Below are positions 9,122 through 18,100 of a stretch of 32,000 nt of DNA, one piece after another. The DNA comes from Candidatus Saccharimonas aalborgensis (GTDB taxonomy: Bacteria > Patescibacteriota > Saccharimonadia > Saccharimonadales > Saccharimonadaceae): positions 150,001-182,000 of the forward strand of contig NC_021219.1 of the NCBI RefSeq assembly GCF_000392435.1, in the 5' to 3' direction. The number at the start of each line of letters is the position of its first letter. The first letter of the stretch is position 1. The position numbers and the translations under genes were made by a program. Below the pieces are notes generated by a model, which worked only from the letters and a program-made list of their open reading frames with translations, was not told the DNA's origin and made no database searches.

Positions 9122-9136
9122 TACCCCTAGGGGGTA
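9122..9136. promoter_or_regulatory. CsoR-type operator (GC-tract palindrome)
   Basis: tacccctagggggta is a near-perfect palindrome of the TACCC-n-GGGTA type described for CsoR-family operators. It lies 14 nt upstream of the repressor ATG and next to a tatata -10-like box. Confidence 0.6.
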
Positions 9137-9149
9137 TATAGTAAGAGGT

Positions 9150-9434
9150 ATGATAGGCGATATAAAGAAGCGAGCGTTACACCGAGCCAAGATACTTGAG
9201 GGGCAAATGCGAGGCGTTCAAAAGATGATTGAGAATGAAGACTACTGTATGGACATACTCACACAGAGCCTAGCCATTCAAAAGTCTATCGGTTCGCTCA
9301 ATAAGCTGATACTTGAAAATCACGTACGAACGCACATCAAAGAAAACCTAAGTTCCAATTCGGAAGATGAGCAAGAAAAAGCCATCGCTGAACTTCTATC
9401 ACTTTACGATCTGACGAATATCAGGGGTAAATAA
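9150..9434 (+). CDS. csoR: CsoR/RcnR/FrmR-family metal-sensing repressor
   Basis: HRAKILEGQMRGVQKMIENEDYCMDILTQSLAIQKSIGSLNKLILENHVRTHI matches RL.RIEGQ.rgi.rMie....C.DiL.Q..Av..Al......ll..Hl. The start is moved to ATG 9150 so that the operator is upstream. The track ORF starts at TTG 9114. Confidence 0.82.
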   Translation: MIGDIKKRALHRAKILEGQMRGVQKMIENEDYCMDILTQSLAIQKSIGSLNKLILENHVRTHIKENLSSNSEDEQEKAIAELLSLYDLTNIRGK

Positions 9435-9436
9435 AC

Positions 9437-9799
9437 GTGAAGTACCTAACAGCTATAAAAAACATTCTAGTTTTGTTAGCTGTATTGGTGCTCAACTCGG
9501 TTAGCCACGCATCTGCTATGTCGGCAATGCCCTCGCACGAGATGAGCGGTATGAACCACGGCTCAAGCGACGCAACTTCCTGTGCTACCCTTTGCCGCAC
9601 GGCAGTTATCAACAAGGAAGATAATGTCATCAACGATGACGAAAGCGAAGATGATACCGAACCAGCGATAGCTTTCTACGGACAGAGCCAAACACTATCA
9701 ACAGATGAAAAATCGCTTTCTCAACACCTTTATGCCGCAGAGATAAAGCCGCCGCCAAAGATACCGATTTATATTCTGTACGGTGTCTACCGAGTGTAG
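9437..9799 (+). CDS. Secreted Met/His-rich protein (possible periplasmic/cell-surface Cu binding)
   Basis: A signal-peptide-like N-terminus is followed by AMSAMPSHEMSGMNHG, a methionine-motif stretch like those in Cu(I)-binding proteins. The gene starts at GTG 2 nt after the repressor stop. Confidence 0.55.
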   Translation: MKYLTAIKNILVLLAVLVLNSVSHASAMSAMPSHEMSGMNHGSSDATSCATLCRTAVINKEDNVINDDESEDDTEPAIAFYGQSQTLSTDEKSLSQHLYAAEIKPPPKIPIYILYGVYRV

Positions 9800-9846
9800 G
9801 ATGCGATTGTTTACACAAATAGCATCAACTTAACTTTGGAGAAACT

Positions 9847-10548
9847 ATGAAAAATAACAGGAACAGTATAATCATCGTGGCGATAGTCGCAGTTGTAGCT
9901 ATCGCAGGTGTTAGTATTTACGCCATTAGCCGCAATGACAATATGATGGACGGCGATATGATGGGCAACTCAAACTCGCAATCGGCGGTTCAAGCTGATA
10001 CTAGCTCGGCAGACTATAAGCAGTACGCCGCACTCAAGGGCGAAGACTATGACAAGATGTTCCTTGCCAATATGATAGCCCATCATCAGGGTGCGGTTGA
10101 TATGGCAAACCTTGCTCTAACCAATGCCAGCCATCAAGAAGTGAAAGACTTAGCTAAAGCCATTGTGTCCGCTCAAACGACTGAGATTACCGATATGACT
10201 GCTTGGCAAAAGACGTGGGGCTATCCTGCAAGCAGTGGCGAAATGATGGAAGACCATAGCTCAATGGGTATGATGAACACAAACGCTGGAATGATGAACG
10301 AATTGAACGGCAAAACGGGCGAAGCGTTTGATAAGGCGTTCCTTGAGCAGATGATTATGCACCATCAGTCGGCTATAAATATGGCAGCAACAGGTAAAAC
10401 AAATGCTCAACACCAAGAAGTAAAAGACTTAACAGTTGCTATCGTTACAGCTCAGACCAAAGAAATAAAGCAAATGAAGCAGTGGCAAAAAGACTGGGGC
10501 TATTCTACTTCCAATACTACCAACTCAATGTCGGGAATGAGCCACTAA
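9847..10548 (+). CDS. DUF305-family protein (duplicated domain), membrane anchored
   Basis: Two copies of the DUF305 signature are present: FLANMIAHHQGAVDMA and FLEQMIMHHQSAINMA. Each is followed by HQEVKDL..AIV.AQ..EI..M..WQK.WGY. Confidence 0.85.
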   Translation: MKNNRNSIIIVAIVAVVAIAGVSIYAISRNDNMMDGDMMGNSNSQSAVQADTSSADYKQYAALKGEDYDKMFLANMIAHHQGAVDMANLALTNASHQEVKDLAKAIVSAQTTEITDMTAWQKTWGYPASSGEMMEDHSSMGMMNTNAGMMNELNGKTGEAFDKAFLEQMIMHHQSAINMAATGKTNAQHQEVKDLTVAIVTAQTKEIKQMKQWQKDWGYSTSNTTNSMSGMSH

Positions 10549-10549
10549 A

Positions 10550-12556
10550 ATGGAACACTCGCACCACGAACATTCTGAGCATCAAGACCACGACAAGCAC
10601 GCAGGACATTCAGTAGCAATGTTCAAGGACAAGTTCTGGCTGTCCTTGCTGCTAACGCTACCTGTACTTGCGTATTCCGAGATGATACAGCATTGGTTTA
10701 GCTTTACGCCGCCAACCTTTCCTGGCTCACAGTACGTGCCATTCGTATTCAGCACCATCATCTTTTTCTACGGCGGTCTAGTGTTTATAAAGAGTGCGTG
10801 GGGCGAGCTAAAAGCCAAATTGCCAGGTATGATGACGCTCATCAGCCTGGCAATTATCACGGCTTACGTGTATAGCGTAGCTACCCAATTCTTTATAAAG
10901 GGTGATGGTTTCTTTTGGGAACTAGCAACCTTAGTAACAATTATGCTGCTCGGTCATTGGCTAGAAATGGCATCGGTTGCCAAAGCTGAAAATGCCCTAG
11001 ATGCTATATCTAAACTGTTACCTGACAAAGCTGAGAAGCTAGTCAACGGTAAGCCAAAACAAGTATTGGTAAGTGAACTAAAAGTTGGCGACCTGGTATT
11101 GATACGTCCAGGTTCAAGCATCCCTGTTGACGGTGTGATTGTAGATGGTAGCTCGGCAGTTGATGAAGCGGCTATCACTGGCGAAAGTAAGCCAGTCAGT
11201 AAAACAACCAACGATGAAGTTATTGCTGGCACAGGCAATCAAGATGGTTCACTTACGGTAAAGGTTACGAAAATCGGTCAAGACACGGCACTTGCTGGAA
11301 TTATGCGACTTGTAGCCGAAGCACAAAGTTCAAAATCTAATGTACAGATACTTGCAGATAAAGCAGCCTTTTATCTGACCATCATTGCAATCGCTACTTC
11401 AATCGCTACGTTTATATTCTGGCTGATAGCTAAAGATGCTAGTTTCGCTTTAGAGCGGTCAGTTACGGTTCTGATTATAGCTTGCCCACACGCACTCGGT
11501 CTGGCAATACCACTTGTTGTGTCTATCTCTACTGCATTATCAGCGAAGAACGGTCTACTTGTCCGAAAACGTCTTGCTCTTGAAGCTGCTCGTAAGTTGG
11601 ACTGGGTACTCTTTGATAAGACTGGCACATTGACTAAAGGCGAACACGGCGTTACGGATGTGTGGGCTACAAAAGGTTATACAGAAGAAGATGTACTGCA
11701 CCTGACGGCTAGCCTTGAGCAGAACAGCGAGCATATTGTCGGTAAGGGTATTGTCAAAAAAGCCGAAGAACAACACGTCCATCTTGATAAAGTAGCCAAC
11801 TTCAAAGCGTTACCTGGCTTAGGCGTACAAGGTACTCTACACGGAAGCGAAGTGTATATCGCAGCAAGCTATCGCTACATAGAAGATAACAAGCTAATTG
11901 TTCCAACTGAAATAGCTAAGATGGTTAAGCAAGCAGCCAAAGAGGGAAAAACTGAGGTGTATCTAATTACCAATAAAAAGGTTGTTGGAGCATTGGGCTT
12001 AGCAGATATAGTGCGTGAACAATCTAAACAGACTATCGCAACACTCAAATCAATGGGTATAAAGACGGCAATGATAACAGGCGACTCAGATGAAGTTGCA
12101 GCTTATGTGTCAAAACAGCTTGGCTTAGACCAGTATTTTGCAGAGGTAAAACCAGAAGATAAGGCTGCTAAAGTCAAAGAGTTACAGAAAAACGGGCAGA
12201 AAGTTGCAATGGTCGGCGATGGTATCAATGACGCACCTGCACTTACTCAGGCAGATATTGGTATAGCTATTGGTGCTGGTACGGATGTAGCAATCAAGTC
12301 AGCAGATATTATACTGGTAAAAAGCGACCCTCAAGACGTGGTAAAGGTAATCAACCTATCAAAGGCTACCTATCGCAAGATGCTACAAAACCTCGGTTGG
12401 GCTACGGGTTATAACGTATTCGCAATTCCACTGGCAGCTGGCGTACTATATGGAGCAGGTATCGTTCTTGCTCCTGCTCTGGGAGCTGTACTTATGTCTG
12501 TTTCAACTGTTGTAGTAGCATTCAACGCTCAATTACTCAGACGTGCAAAACTGTAA
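10550..12556 (+). CDS. copB: Heavy-metal P1B-type ATPase, CopB-like (CPH motif, His-rich N-terminus)
   Basis: Motifs seen are MEHSHHEHSEHQDHDKHAGHS, the TM6 motif IIACPHALGLAIP, DKTGTLT, TGD and GDGINDAPAL. Confidence 0.92.
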   Translation: MEHSHHEHSEHQDHDKHAGHSVAMFKDKFWLSLLLTLPVLAYSEMIQHWFSFTPPTFPGSQYVPFVFSTIIFFYGGLVFIKSAWGELKAKLPGMMTLISLAIITAYVYSVATQFFIKGDGFFWELATLVTIMLLGHWLEMASVAKAENALDAISKLLPDKAEKLVNGKPKQVLVSELKVGDLVLIRPGSSIPVDGVIVDGSSAVDEAAITGESKPVSKTTNDEVIAGTGNQDGSLTVKVTKIGQDTALAGIMRLVAEAQSSKSNVQILADKAAFYLTIIAIATSIATFIFWLIAKDASFALERSVTVLIIACPHALGLAIPLVVSISTALSAKNGLLVRKRLALEAARKLDWVLFDKTGTLTKGEHGVTDVWATKGYTEEDVLHLTASLEQNSEHIVGKGIVKKAEEQHVHLDKVANFKALPGLGVQGTLHGSEVYIAASYRYIEDNKLIVPTEIAKMVKQAAKEGKTEVYLITNKKVVGALGLADIVREQSKQTIATLKSMGIKTAMITGDSDEVAAYVSKQLGLDQYFAEVKPEDKAAKVKELQKNGQKVAMVGDGINDAPALTQADIGIAIGAGTDVAIKSADIILVKSDPQDVVKVINLSKATYRKMLQNLGWATGYNVFAIPLAAGVLYGAGIVLAPALGAVLMSVSTVVVAFNAQLLRRAKL

Positions 12557-12563
12557 GCGTAGA

Positions 12564-12608
12564 TAGTTTGATAGCTAGCTGGCAAACTGCTAACCAGTTA
12601 TCAAACTA
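12564..12608. repeat. Inverted repeat/hairpin between convergent copB and recombinase 2
   Basis: tagtttgata (12564-12573) pairs with tatcaaacta (12599-12608). The spacer is 25 nt and contains a nested ctgg...ccag. There is no U tract. Confidence 0.5.
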
Positions 12609-12686
12609 CCTGACAGCTGGAATTGTTCAACGAGGTGTTTTAGCTTATAATCCTCTTGTGCATCAATAGCAGCTGTTTGAAATACG

Positions 12687-14255
12687 TCAACTATGCTGCA
12701 CCAAAGAAGACTTTTCAGTTACTGGAAGGTCTTTTTTATTTGACTGACCCCTGAAAATGGAGCTTATATTATGGGTGTAAACATTTTTGTTTTCGTCAAC
12801 GTATATTTTGCCTGTAAATAACAATTGTTTACACCGTTTCATATCCTCCCCTGATAACTCGAAGAAACGCCCACCCTTGTTACTAAGAAAGTTAAAGCTA
12901 AAGTCTAAGAACTCAGCTAGGTCTGTTTCGTGTTGTTCACTAAGCACAGCTATCTTATCTTCGTTCTCCGCAAACTCAGCTTTAAGCTTTTCTATTGAAG
13001 CCATTATTTCATCGCTAATCGAAACGAAAGAAGGGTTAGTAACTGCATCTGCTTTTTGAGCTATGCTTTGTTTTATATTGGCGTTAACAGCCTCAAGCCG
13101 TTGTATCTCGCTCTTAGCTTCGTGGTGCTTCGCGTTAAAGGTAGTGACTAGCTTAATCTTTAATTTTCTCATCTCAGCATTTGGCAGTATTACTGCATCT
13201 AGTAAATTGGAGAAGCTAGCGTGAGTTTCGTCTCGGTCTAAGAACCTGTTGCACTCTCTGCACTTATATTTGGCGTAGTAGCTAACTTTCTTTCTAGGCT
13301 TACCGTGGTTAGTCTTGCCGTTATTTAATGGTACGCTCGTGAAGCGTGGATATTTACGTTTTGCCGCTTCGCAAGATATACAGGTAAGTTCATTGCTCAA
13401 TGGGTATTTAGTATTTTTGTCTGGTCTATGACCTTGCTGTTTCTTAACGTTACGCTCAAAGACCCTAAGTATCTTTTCGTGCTCAGTACGGGTTATTAGT
13501 GGCTCGTGTAGACCGTGTTCATTACGTTCGTTAAACTTGCCCTTAAGGTCGATAATTCCTGCGTAATATGGCTCGCAAGCGATTATCCTAAACTTGTCCA
13601 TTTTAAGCTTTGCATAGCGTTTACCGAACTCAGTTTCTTGTAGTTCTTTTAAAGCGTCGGTTGGCGTTTTTAGATTTGAGGCAATCTGCCTTAAAGCTCT
13701 CTTGAGCGGTTCACCAGTAATTGGGTCTACGATATGAACACCAGCCATTGTACCTTTTTTGTAGCCTGCTTTTGGACCAGATGGCAAACGACCCTCTCTT
13801 ATTGCTTTTTTACCACCAGACACTGACTTACTTATGCGTTCTTCGTTACTACCCTCAGCTTGCAAGAACTTTGTGAATTTGAGTAATTTCGATGGTAAAT
13901 CATCCTTATTTAGCTCAGGGTTTGAAGCATACCAAACTCTCGTACCAGTTTCATAGAAAAGTTTAACTTCCCAAAAACCGCTTTCGTCAATTGACCGCAT
14001 AAACCTATCAGGCTCGTCTACGATAAGATACTTTACTCGCTTATTTTTCTTGGCAAAGTCGTATATCTCCAGCAGGTCTTTACGTTGTACGTTACTCCCA
14101 CGTTTACTAGATACGCTACCTGACCACCATTTAATAATTTCTACACCTAATTCTTTAGAGGCGTTAAATACAGCTTCGTGCTGACGATTTAGGCTATTGT
14201 TGTCAAGCTGCTCAGTCGACGATACACGACAAAGTGCTATAGCAAGGTCGCTCAT
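12687..14255 (-). CDS. Large serine recombinase/integrase (second copy, not a close paralog of the first)
   Basis: The N-terminus is AIALCRVSSTEQ with LIVDEPDRFMRS. A recombinase domain and a Zn-ribbon (CISCEAAKRKY...YKCRECNRF) follow, then a C-terminal coiled coil. A good RBS (gagg) lies 8 nt upstream. Confidence 0.88.
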   Translation of the reverse strand: MSDLAIALCRVSSTEQLDNNSLNRQHEAVFNASKELGVEIIKWWSGSVSSKRGSNVQRKDLLEIYDFAKKNKRVKYLIVDEPDRFMRSIDESGFWEVKLFYETGTRVWYASNPELNKDDLPSKLLKFTKFLQAEGSNEERISKSVSGGKKAIREGRLPSGPKAGYKKGTMAGVHIVDPITGEPLKRALRQIASNLKTPTDALKELQETEFGKRYAKLKMDKFRIIACEPYYAGIIDLKGKFNERNEHGLHEPLITRTEHEKILRVFERNVKKQQGHRPDKNTKYPLSNELTCISCEAAKRKYPRFTSVPLNNGKTNHGKPRKKVSYYAKYKCRECNRFLDRDETHASFSNLLDAVILPNAEMRKLKIKLVTTFNAKHHEAKSEIQRLEAVNANIKQSIAQKADAVTNPSFVSISDEIMASIEKLKAEFAENEDKIAVLSEQHETDLAEFLDFSFNFLSNKGGRFFELSGEDMKRCKQLLFTGKIYVDENKNVYTHNISSIFRGQSNKKDLPVTEKSSLVQHS

Positions 14256-14273
14256 CTTAACGCCTCAATAACA

Positions 14274-14326
14274 GTAGTTGGCGTCTCTCGGACAAGCTTG
14301 CGGAAAGCCAAAGAGACGCCAACTAC
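14274..14326. repeat. Perfect 15-bp inverted repeat immediately 5' of recombinase 2
   Basis: gtagttggcgtctct (14274-14288) pairs with agagacgccaactac (14312-14326). The 23-nt spacer contains aagctt. On the minus strand it sits 13 nt after the small ORF stop and 19 nt before the recombinase ATG. Confidence 0.8.
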
Positions 14327-14339
14327 CAATATCAAAATG

Positions 14340-14516
14340 TCATTTAGTGTCTTCCTCATTTTCCGCAATTTGTCCTTTATCTAACTCTATTTTAGCACCG
14401 ATATTATCCCTTGAATGTTGGTAGGCGTCATAAAGAAAACTAGCTAGCTCATCAAGTAGCTCATCGCTACCTACCACTGATGGGCTACAACCTGCACTAG
14501 TTTCCTTTGACGCCAT
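14340..14516 (-). CDS. Small acidic hypothetical protein (58 aa), below the ORF-track cutoff
   Basis: My own translation gives MASKETSAGCSPSVVGSDELLDELASFLYDAYQHSRDNIGAKIELDKGQIAENEEDTK. It lies between the 167-aa gene and recombinase 2 on the same strand. The RBS is weak. Confidence 0.3.
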   Translation of the reverse strand: MASKETSAGCSPSVVGSDELLDELASFLYDAYQHSRDNIGAKIELDKGQIAENEEDTK

Positions 14517-14565
14517 ACCCTAAAGGTAGAATATGGTTATATTTTTGTCGTAAATCCCGTAGTGT

Positions 14566-15069
14566 TTATTTGCGTTTTTTAGCTTTTAACAGAGTGTTGT
14601 GCTGGTCGCGGCATTTGACCAAATATTCTTGTATTTCATCGTCTCTAACTCCAAAATCTACAGCTCGACTACGCCTAATGACCGTATGGGCGACTAGGGT
14701 GGTCTCATTGTCTCCTGCATCAAAAATAGCGTTGCTTAGTTTTTCGGGTAGCCCCGTATTGCTTATTAGCATACTCGTTCTAGCTGGTTTGGCTACTTTA
14801 ATAGTCTTTACCCAGCCCTTTTGTTTAAATAGCTTCTCAAAGTAAATATCGTTAGGTTTGCCTAGCTGGAACTGTTTTACTACAAAACCGTTTAGTTTTA
14901 GTTGGCGTTTGTTCGGGTTATAGCTAAGCCAGTATGCCGTGTCGTTAGGTCTGCGTTGAGGTGGTATGACACCATAGCTCAGTAAATGTTTAAACTTATC
15001 TGGTGGGTTTAATTCCAATTCCAGTTTTAAATCATCATCCTCTGAGTTCTTTTTTTGCAAGCTTGCCAT
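14566..15069 (-). CDS. Hypothetical protein (167 aa), basic C-terminus
   Basis: ORF diverging from the helicase gene. I recognised no family. Confidence 0.55.
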   Translation of the reverse strand: MASLQKKNSEDDDLKLELELNPPDKFKHLLSYGVIPPQRRPNDTAYWLSYNPNKRQLKLNGFVVKQFQLGKPNDIYFEKLFKQKGWVKTIKVAKPARTSMLISNTGLPEKLSNAIFDAGDNETTLVAHTVIRRSRAVDFGVRDDEIQEYLVKCRDQHNTLLKAKKRK

Positions 15070-15122
15070 AAAGTAATTATAGCTCGAAACTCGACAAGAT
15101 ACCCCAGTCTTACATCGCTAAC

Positions 15123-18100
15123 TTGGCTGAACTGTTGTATAATTTGGTTAGAAATCGAACATTTTTTCAACTTATGACAAAAATACCTGTAACCATCAGT
15201 CAACTAGCAAAATACGGACTTGATTATGTAAGCCTTATATCGAGCAGTGCCTCGAGAAGTAGACCGATAAAAACAGAACCTATGGACGCCAGCCTAGTGT
15301 CCATCCCCGACTTAATTTTCAAAAGCGAAGTCGATACGATAACTATTAACCTCGTTACTTCGTTAGATAGTCAATATGACCCGAACCTGCCAAGTGAAGA
15401 TAAGACAGATGAACAGCTACAAGCTGAGCATCGCGTTATCCGTGACAGGGCCATCTTTGATAAAATCCAAGAAATAGACACAAAGATAAAGACTGACGAA
15501 TACACGAAGCGGGTCGTACTGCAGACGGGCTTTATATCCTTTGAAGGTAAGCGATACAAAGAAACAGAGTTCGGTGAAGAGTATGAGAACTACGAAGCTC
15601 CGTTATTGCAAATTCCAATTGCTGCCATCAACTTCAAATATACGAGTGACGGGGCTAATGTAGTCATTGAACTTCCTGACAGCTATGTAGAAGTATTGAG
15701 TGGTCCACTAAAAAACTATTTACCGCAACAATACTACGATAACGTCTTTAAGTTTGTTGCCGATGCGGAGGCCGAAGGAAAAACTAGCCTACCAATCGGT
15801 AGTGATTTTATTGAAGATTTGTGGTCCGCAATTAGAGTACAGCTTGATAGAGTGGATGCTAGGTCTATTTCTGAAGCACCGAGCTTCGATACAAGTATAG
15901 TTGCGATTACAAATAAGACTAACCACTTCTTAGCAGAAGACCTTAAGGCGATTGCTGCTTTAGAAGATGAAGACCTGATTGAGACTTCCTTGGGAAGCTG
16001 GGTGTCTGACGAAGATATGGCGATAGAACAGGCTGTGTCCGATGATGGCAGTACAGAGATATTCTTTCCATTTGATTATGACAAATACCAACTAAAAGTT
16101 TTGGGCATTACAGCAAATAAGGCAGTCATAGTCGAAGGCCCTCCTGGTACTGGTAAATCTCAAACCATTTCAAACCTACTAGTTCATCTAGCAGCTACGG
16201 GTAAAAGAGTATTATTCGCTAGCCAAAAGGACCAGGCGATACGTGGCGTAAAGGACAAGCTAAAAACTCTTGATGTACCATTTCTTTACGGCTATATACC
16301 TGATAAAACATCTAAGTTGTATACAGCAGATGATGAAAAAGACAGTGCTGCGAATACTCTCATAGCTTTAAACAGAGAATTCCAGAAAGGTAAGGTCGGT
16401 GACTTAAAAGAGCCTCTTGAGTTACTGTCTGACCGTTCAAAGATTTTTGTAGAGAATATGAACATTGAACGTTCGCTCTACTCATTATATGAAGAGCGTC
16501 GAAGCCTTAGCTACCTAGACCCTTATTATAATTACGGAATAGACCTAGAATTCTATGAACAATGTTTAGATTTTGAAAATAGTATAGCTAACCTCGAGGC
16601 TACGATTAAACAATTCGAGAACGTACATAGCAAGTTTATAAAAACTGCTGACACCAAATTCAAAGACCTTGAAATAGACTATCAAGAAACAATATCTTCG
16701 ATTGAGAACATAAACAACTATTTTAAAACCCATATGCCAGAAAGGTCTGGTTTCTTTGCAAGTAAAGTTAATGACCTCAAGCTTCGTAGTGCATTAAAAG
16801 AACACTGCAAAAACATCCTTCAAGAAATATACCTAGAATTTGAAAAGGTGTTGTTTTCAGATAATACAAAGTCAGCAAAACTGAAATTATTAGATGGCCT
16901 AAAAGCATATTTTGTATATTCAAGCGACAACCAGGTATTGGCGTATAACCGTGCGGAACTCGACGGATTACTTCAAAGTAAAGATATGCCTCATACCGCC
17001 CTTGCAAGCCTAAAGAAGCTGGTAAGTGAACACGGTGGATATAAGAAGGTATTTGAAGACCTCGAAAGGTACAACGAGATTTCTGCCCAAATAGACGAAG
17101 CGTCATTATACTCAGCAAATGAGCTAAACCGAGAAATCAAAGATATACGAAAGTTCTACAGAAAAAACATTACGAACTATGTTCGCAATCGAATACTAAC
17201 AAGGGTTGGTGAGGCCAATAACAGCAAAGAGCTGAGAGCGACATTGGCACAAGTTGCTAGAAGTCTTTCAAAGAGTAAGAAAGCAAATAAAACGTTCGAC
17301 AGGCTCAAGCATAACGAAGATAACTTTAGTGCTATGTCAAAAGTTCTACCTATCTGGATGATGAGTTTAGACGACGTGAGCCGTATTGTTCCTTTGGAAA
17401 TGAACGCGTTCGATTACGTGATTATTGACGAAGCATCCCAGTGTAATTTTGCTTATGCGTTCCCAGCTATGTACCGTGCAGAGCATACTATTTTCTTCGG
17501 CGATACTTTACAAATGCGTGACGACAATATTATGTTCAAGTCTAATGACCAACTTAATGCCATAGCAAAGAAGCATAAAATTCCTGATGTTTATCAGATT
17601 AAAGCGGAAGAAGACACCGTTAAATCAGTAATGGACATCGCCAATCTAAATGGTTTTAAGACGACTACTTTAAAGTATCACTATCGTTCCCCTAAAGAGC
17701 TTATAGGCTTCTCAAATGAGGCCTATTACGAGCCTATTGGCCGTAAGCTTGAAGCAGTTAATGATAACATTGTGCCTTATAAAGACACTGGTCGTGTATT
17801 GCTTAATCATTTGGTAACTCCAAATGATAATGAAGAGATTGGCAGTAGGACCAACTTTGCGGAGATACACAAAATTCAACAGTTGGTAGAAGAAATAAAA
17901 ATCGACCCAATTTTGAAAGACAAGTCTATAGCCATATTGACCTTCTTTAACGAGCAAGCCGAAGAAATACGTAAAGCTATTACGGATGAAGACATCAAAG
18001 TTTCGATTATTGACGGTATCCAGGGAGATGAACGCGACATCGTAATTTACTCATTTGTTATTAAAGACCCAAGCGACAAGCGACGCTATATCGCGTTGAC

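Larger units (their letters stand above)
495..12686. mobile_element. Putative serine-recombinase integrative element at tRNA-Gly carrying metal-resistance cargo (boundaries uncertain)
   Basis: The recombinase gene abuts and overlaps the tRNA, and there is a tRNA 5'-half duplication at 469-494. The module also has Rep-like, SpoVG-like and excisionase-type HTH genes. A second recombinase gene starts the next module at 12687. The right end is not defined by any repeat I could find. Confidence 0.35.

Noticed and set aside
10954-11782. Three minus-strand ORFs inside copB, and similar antisense ORFs inside the recombinases, helicase, CDFs and the 594-aa gene
   Set aside because: They are all nested antisense within long genes that have strong family motifs, and they have no independent support.
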